DNA of 64,000 bases from the human T2T-CHM13v2.0 reference genome, Homo sapiens: assembly GCF_009914755.1 (NCBI RefSeq), contig NC_060929.1; one strand, given 5' to 3'. The translations under genes and the position numbers were made by a program. Position 1 is the stretch's first letter; each line of letters opens with the position of its first letter. Below the pieces are notes generated by a model that was not told the origin of the DNA, made no database searches, and saw only the letters and a list, made by a program, of their open reading frames with translations. Below, piece after piece: positions 19,266 to 32,079 of this stretch.

Positions 19266-21457
19266 GTGCCAGAGCATAATTTCACCATATATACCACACA
19301 TTTTTATTCCAAAACACATTGACATCATGTTAAATTAGGTTGACTCAAGTTCCTCATGTAAACAATTGTGGCTATTGCCAAAATTTGCTAACAAACAGAA
19401 AATAAGTATGTTTCAAGTTCTTTCCTTTAGTGCTCTGAGCACATTTTTGATGTGTTGAAAAACTGCAAGGTATTTCTGTATGCTGCTCTTTGACTCACCA
19501 GATCACCCCAAAAATATTTCACGGAACCTCTTTCCTATTTTTTTCTGGAACATCATCCAAAGTTGAACAGAAATATTTGAACAAGATGTCTTGATTTAAA
19601 AAAAAAAAATACATCTGTGTCAGAGAAAAAAGCAAACATACAAACTAGATTTTAATCTTTCTGTTTGATAAACCAAAGCACATTGATAAGCTCCTGCCAA
19701 GTAGTTGAAATGTATTATAAACGAACATAACTTTTGTTGGACAGTGTGCTAACTGAGCTGAAGACTATAGCCTAAAGACGTTTATAACTAGACAGAGACA
19801 CCATAGGATATGGGGTTCGCAGGAAAAACCATGACTGAAACTGTGAAATGTTTTGGAAAGCAAGAATTCTAAACTATCATCTTCCCAGCAGATCTGATTA
19901 CTCTCATGTGTTCTGATTTCACAGCAAACACTGATCCAATTGACATTTGGGGAGAAAGTTCCCCAAACAAATGATTAGTGGCATTCTTGGAAATATTTCT
20001 GGATTATGTATTATGAGAAGGCCTAGTATCATCATAACTCAAGTTTATATCCACTGAGTTTCTTTGACTAAAAGGAATCTTGAGTAAGGACATGAGCTCA
20101 GACCTTAACACACACTGCTCTTTGGCACGCAGACTGGTAACCACATGACCTTCACTAAAAGTCTTAACACCAGGCAGCTTAATCTAATGTGCAGTTGGAT
20201 CCAGCATCTTGGAACTGTTTCTGTTCTTCCTGAATGTCCCACAGGACTCATCTGAACACAGAGCTCCCATCCCCTTTGCAAGTGACTTGATGTTTGAGAT
20301 CAGCCCGGGATGTCAAGGAAAAAGTCTTCACAGTCCTTACCTTTTCTCCACACAAAGGCCAAAGGCCACTATAGTGTGACTGAGGATAGCATGAAGAGAA
20401 GGAAATCAGTATTGTCTTCACTAGAAGTTTCTCTTTGCCTTGCCTTGGCAGCTGGAGAGGCTAGCCTCCACAAAGGCTTTCTCTAATGTCCACCACTGTC
20501 TTTTATGTCAAATGCACCTATCCTTTCCTATCCCTTGACACAGCCTTTGACTCAGCAAACCTGCCAGTTACACTCCCCTAGCTGTCTTTTGCTCCTTACT
20601 TTAAGTATCCTAATTTTCTCTGACTCAATTTTCAATTAAAACTAATTTGCTCTCCCATCTGAAGAAGTGGTATAGGCATACTAGTTAGTGTATGTCATTC
20701 TTGTATTTCCCTCTAAGTCTTTAAGAAAGCTCATCTAGGTAGTAAATAATACACTTGACAAGAATTGTTCTTTCTCATGAAAAAACTTTCACTTTTACTA
20801 GGATAGCACTGCAGCTAGGCCTTGGGACTGAAAAAGGGAGGGATTTCCTCTACTCACAGGGAAAGTATTTGGAAACCTGGAGATAGGAGTAGTCTAGGCA
20901 CAGCATACAACTGAGAAAGGAAATCCTCTGGACCCTGTCACCAGCAACACGGTCAAGCTTTGAAGAATTTGGGGGACGGGGACACAGATTCCTCCTTCTA
21001 CACCTATATGCAGACAAAAAATGACAGCCAGGATCACAGCTTGGAAAATGGACAACGTGTTTTTTTCAGGGACAGGCCCCCTGATTTACAATGGATACCT
21101 GGCCAGCCCCTAACTTCAAGCAGTGCACAAGGAGCTCAACCCCAGGGAAGTTGGGCCATCTGGATTTCATCAGTGTCACACTGGGCAGCAGTATCAACAA
21201 CAGCCACAAACAAAGACTCCTCCGTAGGCTGAGACAGATCTCAGGCATTTTCTTCTCTGCTCAAAGACTGGTAATCAGAATTGAACCTTTGGTCTCAGGT
21301 ATAATTACTGCTCTTCTTGGGAATCATCAAGCGAAACCCCAGGGTGGAAAAATATGGCATTCCCTTGGTTACAGGAGACAAGGGCTCAGAGTCATTGAAT
21401 TTAAATATTTAAGTTCCCAAGACTGGGGAAATTAAAAAAAAATTAATTTCAGAATAT

Positions 21458-21813
21458 TGTCCTAGTACTGTTGAGCTGCTATGATAAAATACCTTAAACT
21501 GGATAGCCTAAATGAGAGAAATTTATTTCTTACAGTTCTAGAGGCTGGGAAGTTCAAGATCTAGGCACCAACAGATTTGGTGTGGGATGAGGGCCTGCTT
21601 TCTGGTTCATAGATGGTGGATTTTCATTGTGTCCTCACATGGTGGAAGGAGCAATCCTCAGGCCTCTTTTATAAGGGCATTAATCCCACTCACAAGGGTC
21701 CTACCCTCATGACCTAATCACCTTACAAAGTCCGCATGTCCTAATACCATCCCTTGAGGGTAAGGGATTCAACATTTGAATTTAGGAGAAACATAAACAT
21801 TCAGACCATAGCA
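21458..21813 (-). mobile_element. MLT1A/A0 MaLR solo LTR
   Basis: acagttctagaggctgggaagttcaagatc...cctcatgacctaatcacc...aaacattcagaccatagca, with TG...CA ends. Confidence 0.88.
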
Positions 21814-21891
21814 CAGGGTAAAAGGGCTCAGAATCACTGAGTCTATATACATTTTCTACCCTAAACTGAAGAAATAAGGAATATCAATTTC

Positions 21892-22346
21892 ATGTCTGTG
21901 GATTTTTGGATTGTCCAGCATCCATCTTCTTTCTATTACCACTCTAATTCCTTTTGAGAAATTACTTTTTTCCTATAAGACACAGTCTGATGGGACAGTA
22001 ACCAGGGCCCATACCCTTCCCTACCCATGAGACTAGCACAAGATTGCAACTGGGCCTACTACTCTACTACCGCCCTTTCACTAGTATTCAAATCTGAGCG
22101 TAGGATCAAAGGGACTGGAAATGAATAGCATACACTCCATCCTCATGGACAGTTCCTGCTGTGGCCTCTAGAATGTCCTGCTTCTTTGCCCTCTGAAAAG
22201 GCCTTATTTCTTGTCACATCCCTAGCATGATCTTCTAGGCTCCTGGCTATTCTGTGAGCCTCAATATACTTCCACTAAATTCTCTCTAGCTTCAGTTAGC
22301 CACAGTTCATTTCCAGGCTTATAATCAAAGGCATGGAACTAATACA
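21892..22346 (+). mobile_element. Old MLT1 (K/L-like) LTR
   Basis: Starts tgtctgtggatt...ccagcatccat and ends gcttcagttagcc...actaataca. Confidence 0.55.
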
Positions 22347-22359
22347 CACCAACCTGTAT

Positions 22360-22560
22360 ACAACAACTAATAGTTCACAGAGCATTTACTCATTTTGTAC
22401 CCTATTCCCTCCCACAACGCTCTGACACTAGTAGACCAGATATTATTCTCATTTGACATGTCTGATTTTTAAAAAATCTCAAAGGGTTTAAACAACAAGA
22501 AAGTGTGCCCCAGCTCAAGACTTTTGGTTTCACATCTAGTAACTCTTCACTGCAGTGAGA
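22360..22560 (-). mobile_element. MIR fragment
   Basis: Antisense MIR-like text (cacaacgctctgacactagtag...tattattctcatttgacatg). Confidence 0.45.
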
Positions 22561-24151
22561 TGTGTCACTCATCTGTTCCCCATAAAACAGCAAAAGGAAG
22601 ACAAGCTAATTGGAAACACTCTCGCTCCTTTGCTAGCATTCATGTGACTAATATATCATGGGCCTCTTTTAAAATTTCCCTTTTAATGCACAGGGCTGTA
22701 GATGTAAAAACATTCTTTAATATACTGTAGCAATGTTCATGGAGCCAGACCACAACAGAGTGACGTATTTACATTTGGAAACATTGAAGGTGATGGCAAA
22801 TTGGCTCTGATGGCACCTAAACTGCTGCCTTTTAAAGAAAAGATACCTAAGTCTGACATCACCGTAGAAAGAAATGACTTCCTCGAAACAAAAATATACA
22901 TGCCAATTCCCTAAAAGAGCATGGACACTAATAAAGAGGAAGCTGAAAATAGGCCATGCATAGGCAATAAGTACCTGGGAGTTATTCTAACTATGGAGGA
23001 TTCTAGACTTTTTCCTTTACTCATAGAAGGACTAATTTTAAAGCATCATTGAAACTTAATTGATCATTACAAGATTTGTCTGAAGCCAGTAATATTCTTT
23101 TGATATTTAAAATCAGTGGATAATTTGCCCAAAGTCACATTTTGGATCCTCGGCAATATTTGGTGCAGCAGGCAAATAGTTTAGTCTAAAATTATCACAC
23201 TGAAAAATCACCCCAAAGCCTAGGACTTCACCCAACACCAGAACTGAACTATAAAATCAAGAGCTTGTGGTCTCAGCATCACCATTTAGACTCCTCTCTC
23301 TCAGAATAAGTGTTTCTCATAGAAAAATGAGAAAAAAAAACTCAGTTCCTGATATTGCCTGCTTTTCTGTCTTACACTATGTCTCAATTTAGAAGAAAGA
23401 ATACTTCATAAAAATGCTTGATATATAAGCACTAAAGAAAAAGATATGACAGAAACCAATATATAAACATGTTGAGTTCATGGAGGCTTTAAAATATTTT
23501 ATTTACATATAAAATGTCCACTTGTCAACATCTATTCTGGCCCTTTTATAATAAAAGATACCAGCTAGATAAAATGTATTTTATAAATAACAGCCATTTC
23601 ATGACCTTATATGAAAAATCTAGGGACAATACTTCTATTTCAAAGGCTCCAAATTCTAAAATCAGATGGTCTTTTATGCTTGGGAAAATGTGAAAAAAAT
23701 TTCCTCCTTAATAAAATGCATCTACATATACAATTGAACTATTTGAACCTATTGGTATCACTCATGCTTTGGTAATATTAACATATTAACTGACTCCACA
23801 GTTTGTTCACAGTTGAGTTGATTTGATATGCTTCTTAATTTTTACAAAATGGATTTATTGAAACAAAACTAAAATTTCTACAGCTCTAAAATATGTCAAA
23901 GTTTAAAACTGACCAGCACACAAAAGAAAGACAGGAAGTAAAGCAGAAAAGAATAAAAGGACTTATATAACCTTCAATGGTCACATAATTATATGGCATT
24001 CCAATAAGAATGTATCAAAACAACCATGAAAAGAGATCTATGAAACTGTTCTTTTTATTCTTACCTAGATAAAAAGCAGATTGAAAATAGTTTCTAGAGT
24101 GATGGTTGCGGAGCATTAAGTTCAATGTTAGGGCCACAGGTCAAATTTTGA

Positions 24152-24349
<198 letters not shown>

Positions 24350-25489
24350 TAGTGAATTTTCTTCTTCTAGTTTGGTGATTTGTTAATATTTTCATTGTTG
24401 ATTTCTGTATATATGTTACTCCCTGTTGTAGGGCAAGCACATGGTTATAGTTCTTATGGATAACAACTACTCTTAATATGTAAGTCAAGCATTGTCAAAG
24501 CAATTAAAGTGTTTACAAAATCAAGCGACTAATTGTATGATGTTATTAGTGTTGACATAATTTTTGTTGTAATTCTCCTCTCAAAGAAAATTTTTGACAC
24601 TTTTAAAGAATAGGTACGTTCATTTGCAGCTTTCTTATTCTCTCTTTATTAGAAAAAAGTTTTACAAATAACAGAGTACATAAATGTTTTTGGAATGTAA
24701 GTGAACCTTGCTTTATATGGGGGTCAGTGGGGTGAGAAAGAGGTAGTATCCACAATTTCCTTGTTTTCTATGACCTTTCCGTAACTCTCTGTTGTCTGCA
24801 CATCTGACAGGCTCTATCTGAGCATCTAAGATGGTGAAGTAGATCAAATTTCTTTTTTCCTTTCCCCAGGTTAATGACATTTGCTGTGAAGGCTGAGTGA
24901 TTACTGGAAAATTGGGAACTGGAGACAAGCAACCAGAAGGCTAAATCTAAGGAATAATATCCTCCATTTATCTGAAGAGAGTATTGAGAAAAATTCCAAG
25001 TTATTCATCTATATAAATAACATTGCGACCCACCTGGCATTTTCTCAGAGGCAGGCTTCTGATAACCTCTCTCTGGTTTCTACAGAGAGCAAACTTACTA
25101 ACTCATAGAAAGTTACCTTGTGGTGTTACATATTCTATTTATTACAAAATGCCCATTGCTTAAAAGAAAAACAAAAGTTTAGGATCCTTTGTTTTTTTTT
25201 TTTTTTTTTTTGACCACTTCTCTAAACATTCTATTTCCTAGAATCATCACCCAGCATTTATTCACCATGCTTGGCTCCAAATACATTTTGACAGTCTTCC
25301 AAATCCAAGTATACCCTCCAAGGATGAAAAATCACTGTTAACATTCTTTTGAATGTGTCAGAGACTGAGGATAGCACCTGATAAAGCCTTCCTAACAATG
25401 AGGCCTGGATACTAGAGCCAGCTCGTGTTAGAATGTTGTTCATTATGCAAGAAAGGCACTTCAAAGCTAATCAAGACACCCTGCCCTCT

Positions 25490-25491
<2 letters not shown>

Positions 25492-25527
<36 letters not shown>
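25492..25527. repeat. (CA)n microsatellite
   Basis: About 18 uninterrupted AC units. Confidence 0.97.
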
Positions 25528-25530
<3 letters not shown>

Positions 25531-26679
25531 GAAATCAAGGTCTTCCAAACAAGGCAAATTAATTAATAGTGTACTAAGGTAGAAACAAGGAGAAAACAAA
25601 TCCTTAAATTTAGTTATTTGGGGAGAGATTATCCAAGTCTCCCATTAACTTTACATTCCATGGTAGCTGCAACTCAGGTTCACTAATGTTAAAAAATGTG
25701 TGTCTTATATTTGTGTTACATTCCTGGATCTCTATACACACCAACCCTACGAATGATAAGAAATCTCCTAGTCCTGTCTAATTTTCTCTACGTGTGTGGT
25801 GTTATTTTAGGAACCAAAATATAAGGAGTTTTCACGCTTCTTAATAAGAATGCTTCATGCCATCTTTCTTACGGATACTGCAATAAATATATTAGTTCCA
25901 AATGGTTGGGTTTTCAGTCCCTTGTTACTAACTCCAAGGCAATGCTCTGTGTACTCTTCAGCATGTAGAATCATGGAAGTCCAGAGGGAAAATAAAGGGC
26001 AGGATATATGAACCTTAACTCCTGAATGAGCTGAGGTGCCTGGAGCCGCTGACATCCAGAAACATGGAGTTGAGGTATGGCATTCCTTAGGTAATTATGA
26101 TCTCAGCCAGGTCTAATGGAGTGATAATAGTTTGGCAGATCCTGTGAGTGGTGTGCATTGCAGAGCCCTCACAAGTTCAGGGAAAGAAAGTTATTCTTTT
26201 ACCTCAGGAAAAATAGAATAATTGACCTACTGGGACAAAGGAGAAAATTGCTACAGTTCCTTTGGCACTAGGGTCCCTTGTCATTTAGAAAATAGTGATT
26301 GGATTATAGAGTGGATTAGCATAATTTAGTGGCAAAAGCACTCGTAACCATTTCTCTCTGGACAAATGACTACTGAACCATGTTTCTTCAATTCCTTCCC
26401 TTCTACCTGTATCAGTCCGGTAGAATAAAAGGGGATGGGGTATCAAAAGAATATGATGTCACTCTGAAACACTAAACACACAAGACCACATAGTACAGTA
26501 AGTGCCTTAGTGTGAGTGAGGATGACAAGTGCTGGATATAATATTATCAGAAACACAGATGGAAAATGAAACTACTCATTGGATCTGCAGACTTCTTATA
26601 GCTAAGGGTGATCATTTGAAATAATTACATTTCTTTGCATTGAATTAATTTGCTAAATTACCTTAGGGTTTTAAGAGTC

Positions 26680-27560
26680 CTTTTAAAAAAAACATGGCAA
26701 TACATACACAGTATTTTAAAAATCAAATATATAGAAATGGGTTTTTTGGTTTGTTTATTTGTTTTGTGGTTGTTGTTTCTTCCCTAGGATGTCACTCTGT
26801 TGCCCAGGATGGACTGCAGTAGTGCAATCATACTTCACTGTAACCTCAAACTCCTGGCCTTAAGCAATCTTCCCACCTCAGCCTCCGAATTAGCTAGGAC
26901 TGTGGGTACACACCACTGCACCCAGCTAATTTTCCATGGTTTTTTTTTTTTGTAAAGATGGCATCCCACTATATTGCCCAGGCTGGTCTCAAACCCCTGG
27001 GTTCAAAAGATTCTTCCCTAGCACTGGGATTGCAGGACTGAGCCATTGCACCTGGCCCCCAGAAGTGGTTTTACATTTTGAAAAATTGCTTTATCTCATT
27101 CTTTTCCTCCCCCCAGGGTCCTGCTTTCCAGAAGCAGCCACCTTAATTTTATTGTTTTTAGTTATTAAGTTAACCCTAAATAATATGTTATGCTGAAATT
27201 ATTGATGTTGAGGCGCATTCTATTTTAACTTGAAGTTGAGTACTTAGCTAGGTGAAGACTAAAAACCAATCAAAGTCTTTGGATTAATATGACATGTAAA
27301 ATAGTGTTCACTACAGAGTTCACTACAAGCAGAGTACCAAGATTATATTTCCGTATTCACAGGTTTAAAGTCATGACATTTGTGCCATTCAAAGGAGAAG
27401 GATAAAGTGAGCTAAACACTCAGTCAAATGAATGATCATTTTTACAAATCATTAATTATAAGAAATCACACCATATTTGTGTTTGCTCCTGATTGGACTA
27501 TTATTCTCTTATAATATTTTTGCTCTATTTGTTTCGCTTTATACTTTTCTGGGTCTTATA
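26680..27560 (-). mobile_element. L1ME-like fragment (host of the AluJ)
   Basis: Antisense old L1 3' text (aatacatacacagtattttaaaaatcaaatata...ctgctttccagaagcagccacc). Confidence 0.45.
26741..27057 (-). mobile_element. AluJ
   Basis: Diverged dimeric Alu with J-type cactgtaacctcaaactcctgg and a short deletion in the left arm. Confidence 0.88.
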
Positions 27561-27614
27561 ATTGCTTCACTGGGGGGAAGGAAAATTAAAAACTCATACC
27601 TACTTTGTCCATAA

Positions 27615-27915
27615 AAGTCACCTTTTCTGTGAAGCCTTCTTGGCTCCCCAAGATAAGATAACTCAAGATGAGATAAGTAACTTTTAAGTTCCCATAGCAC
27701 ACATTTTGTCTGTAGCTCTAGGTTAGTAAAAGACTGGCTAGAAACAGAGTCCTTATTCTACTGCATTATAATAATACATTTAGGGCTATGTCTACTGAAC
27801 CAGACTATAAATTCCTTAAAGGGAAAAAAATTATATTATCTTTTCATGCCCTGCCTCTAGCATACTGCCCAACACACAGTAAATGTTCATTACATTTGTT
27901 GTATGAATAAATGAA
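27615..27915 (+). mobile_element. L2 3' end
   Basis: ctgtgaagccttc...gactataaattccttaaaggg...cacagtaaatgttcattacatttgttgtatgaataaatgaa. Confidence 0.75.
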
Positions 27916-28659
27916 CATGGTCTGTAAACACACACATCTCAAGTGAATATTAGTGTTCATTCATCTCTCACCCTGCCATCTTCAACCTTCTTTAATCTGG
28001 GTTCATTTGGGAACAGCTAAAGTTAAAGAACAATGTAAGTTTTAAACTATCTTCTTAAAAATTTCAGAAAAGTACATTATTCTCTGACCTTGAAAATAAG
28101 AACCATCACAAAAATGTTGGCACTGTCCTTCTTTTTACCCTCCGTTGATAAGCATCTCATCTTCTTCTTTATTTATTTATTTATTTTTATATACAATTCT
28201 ATAAAGATATAGAATATATATAAAATGATACAGAATATATAAATTTAAAGACATAGACTATGTAAATATAGAGACATAACTGACTTCTATGTTAGGCAAA
28301 TGGGATTGATTGCTGCTTTGCCATGATCAGATTTCTCTCAAATTAACTTGTGATTACAAGTTTCTGAGGGGCTTTTCAAAGTCTGTCTGATTTCATGTTA
28401 TCACAACATTTCCTGTTATTGTAAAATATTTAGAATAATATTCACAAAACCCATATTGCATAGACTTGAAAATGTCATCACATTTATTGGAAGTGGTTTG
28501 GTTTTATTTAGTTCTAAGCTGTATGTCAGTTAGGAGATGAGATCTTTTGAGCTACTATCAATCATCTTGGCTGAAGTTTGTTTGACAACAGCAAAGTCAT
28601 CATAACCCTGGCCACCCACATCTTTAAAAAAGGCATCCTTTTAGCTGAAACATCATCTT

Positions 28660-28893
28660 AACAATGAGGATTTTCCTGACTCCCTGGGATTCAACTCACC
28701 ACACCCTTCCTATGCTCCCTCTGAAACTTCTCCAAACTGTCAGAGTATGTGCTGTGCTTTGTTACACTCGTTGTTTTGCTTGTTTGTTTGTATTTTATCA
28801 TCCTCATATGCCCCTAGAAAGCATGACTGTGTGTGGTTATAGCCCAGCACCACAATACAGCAGGCATTCAATACATGTTTGCAGAATAAATAA
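28660..28893 (+). mobile_element. L2 3' end fragment
   Basis: cccagcaccacaatacagcaggcattcaatacatgtttgcagaataaataaa. Confidence 0.55.
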
Positions 28894-29469
28894 AGGTATC
28901 TTTCATATGGAAATCTTCAGAAACAATTATAAAACATTTCTTATAAGAACAGTCCAAAATGATTGCTTTGGGCCCAAATCCTTTGCCTTAAATTGAACAA
29001 TTGTTTTTATTAATATTTTTATTTTCTGACAACTCAAGGCATGGATTCCAGAAAGTTGGGGAGATGGTAAGACTTAAGAGGCCACCACTGCCTAGTGCTG
29101 GCATTCAGGCATGTCTGGAGTTATCTGATAAATGAGCAGAACAGCCCTGATGAAGGTTTATATGCATGAAACTGAGGTTACTCTAGGGGTAAGAAAAAAC
29201 AATCTCAAGAGAAAACAAACCTAGACATTTAACTTTTTCTCCTGGAAATGTGTTTCTTTAAAAAAAAAATGAGTGTAACAAAGCATAGCACATACTCATG
29301 GCTTGGAGAAGGTTCAGTCAATCATTATTTGTTGTGTTCCAATGATGTTCCAGTTATTGTGCTGGGCATGGGTTGTTGTTGTTAAAGTGACTCCATCTAC
29401 ACTTCCAGACGGAATGGCCTGAAAACTCCTAGCTGATATGAAATTTAAAATGGCTGCTCACAACAGCAA

Positions 29470-29838
29470 AATATAAAAATAAAATTGAAGTCAGAAAATA
29501 TGACTAATAAACATTAAAAGAAATACAAATTTAAACAATATATATCAAGTATTTTCATCTAATTGAAAAAGAATTTAAATAACAATTATACCAAGTGTTG
29601 ACAGATGAAAAAAAAATGTACTCTCATACAATATATGTTTGAAGTGTAAATAAGTGCAACCTTTGAAAGCACCTTGGTCATGCATGCACACGCGCACACA
29701 CACACACACACACCAAGCCAGAAATTCTATTTTTCTTCTCTGTTATTGAGAATACATGCATATAATATATATATGAAAACACCGGTGGAAAGCTTTGCTT
29801 TGCAGCAAATATTTACAAGAATAAACAAATAACAACCA
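29470..29838 (+). mobile_element. L1ME-like fragment (left part; appears to resume at about 40995-41150)
   Basis: Diverged ORF2 3' text (ataccaagtgttgacag, gtgtaaataagtgcaacctttgaaagcac). Continues as aatggggaatggctaaataaa after the L1MB element. Confidence 0.55.
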
Positions 29839-31062
29839 GGAGGATTCTGGGAAGATGGTGGAATGGGAAGCACCAGCAATCTGTCTGTCTCCCCACCTAG
29901 ACAACATTTGCTCTGGCAGAATCAGTCTGATGTAACTCTTTTGGAACTCTGGATTCTATTGCAGCCTTGCAATTTCTAGGAAAAGCCTTTAATGGTCAAT
30001 TGCAGTTAATTTCAGTCTATTTCAGTTCTTATCAGGGTAGCAGCTACCCATATTCCATCCTCAGCCCTGTGGCAGGCAGCTGTGTGCATGTTTCTGGAGT
30101 GTCCTGGGTATACCCTGTGGAAGTCAGGGTAGGAAAAATGGACCCTGTCCTCCAAATGTCAGGTATCTGTACACTGATTGCTGCTACTTCTGATCACAAA
30201 CATACCGACAAAGAGACATGCAGCCATTGTTGTTTCACCTCCTCCATTGTTACAGCCCCCACACTCTAGGGCTAAAATGACTTCCAGAGGATTTAAACGG
30301 CTGGCACTCTTTCTCCCCTCCTTCTTTTATTATTCTTTTTTTCCACTTTTTGGATCCAGACATTAAAGACTCAGTTATTCAAAAGCAACTACATATATGG
30401 GGAAAATTTGAAAGTGACCGTGCATGCCTAGGAAAAGGTGCAGCTTCAGAAAATACTTGAGAAGACATTATATCTCACACTGACCTATGACATAGAGACA
30501 GGTTAGAATAACCAAAAAAACAATAAGCAAAACCCAGCAAACCCTGGGGAAGATGGAGAATCTAATTTCAAGAGTTACCACATCATTAGATTCAAATGTT
30601 CAGTTTTCAACAGAAAATCATAAGGCATGAAAACAAACAAATAAACAAACAAACAAAAAACATAGGAAAATATGGCCCATTCAAAGGAAAAAAGTAAATC
30701 AACAGAAACTATCCCTGAGAAAGACCTAATGGCAGTTGCACTAAACAAAAACTTTAAGCCAATTGTTTTAAATATGCTCAAAGAACTAAAGGAAGGTGTG
30801 GAGAGAGAAAAGACAATGATGTACGAACAAAATAAAAAATCAGTAAAGAGTTAGAAAATGTAAAAAGAAGCCAAAATGAAATTCTGGACATGAAAAATAG
30901 AATAACTGAAATGAAAAATTCACTAGAGGGATTCCAAGGCAGATTCAAGCAGGCAGAAGAAAGAATCAATGAACTTAAAGAGAGGACAACTGAAATAATT
31001 GAGTCTGAGAAACAGAAGAAAAAAAGATTGAAGAAAACGAACAGAGCCTAAGGGACCTGTGG

Positions 31063-32079
31063 TGTTGTGGGAAGCCAGGGACCCCAAATGGAGGGACCGG
31101 CTGGAGCTGCGGTAGAGGAACACGAATTGTGAAGATTTCATGGAAATTTATCAGTTCCCAAATAATACTTTTATAATTTCTTACGCCTGTCTTACTTTAA
31201 TCTTTTAATCCTGTTATCTTCGTAAGCAGAGGATGTACATCACCTCAGGACCACTGTGATAATTGTGTTAACTGTACAAATTGATTGTAAAACATGTATG
31301 TTTGAACAATATGAAATCAGTGCACCTTGAAAAAGAACAGAATAGCAGCAATTTTTAGGGAACAAGGGAAGACAACCATAAGTTCTGGGGTAGGGCAAAA
31401 AGAGCCATATTTTTCTTCTTGCAGAGAACCTATAAACGGACGTGCAAGTAGGAGAGATATCGCTAAATTCTTTTCCTAGCAAGGAATATTAACATTAATA
31501 TTAATATTAATACCCTGGGAAAGGAATGCATTCCTGGGGGGAGGTCTATAAACGGCCGCTCTGGGAATGTCTGTCTTATGCGGTTGAGATAAGGACTGAG
31601 ATACGCCCTGGTCTCCTGCAGTACCCTCAGGCTTACCTGGGTGGGGAAAAAACTCCACCCCGGTAAATTTGTGGTCAGACCAACTCTCTGCTCTCAACTT
31701 TGTTTTCTGTTGTTTAAGATGTTTATCAAGACAATATGTGCACCGCTGAACATAGACCCTTATCAGTAGTTCTGCTTTTGCCCTTTTGTCTTGTGATCTT
31801 TGTTGGACCCTTATCAGTAGTTCTCCTTTTTGCCCTTTGAAGCATGTGATCTACTCCCTATTCTTACACCCCCTCCCCTTTTGAAACCCTTAATAAAAAA
31901 TCTTGCTAGTTTAAGGCCCAGGTGGGCATCACGGTCCTATCGATAGGTGATGTCACCCCTGGAGTCCCAGCTGTAAAATTCCTCCCTTTGTACTCTTTCT
32001 CTTTATTTCTCAGCCAGCCGACACTTACGGAAAACAGAAAGAACCTACGTTGAAATACTGGGGGCGGGTTCCCCCAATA
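31063..32079 (+). mobile_element. MER11 (MER11C-like) solo LTR of HERV-K11/HML-8
   Basis: Starts tgttgtgggaagccagggacccc and ends gggggcgggttcccccaata. Perfect 6-bp TSD ctgtgg at 31057-31062 and 32080-32085. TATAAA at 31431 and 31547, AATAAA at 31892. Confidence 0.93.

Noticed and set aside
28190-28280. AT-rich quasi-periodic sequence that could be mistaken for a repeat array
   Set aside because: Degenerate low-complexity (TA-rich) DNA with no constant repeat-spacer structure. There are no CRISPR, rRNA or tRNA signatures anywhere in the window.
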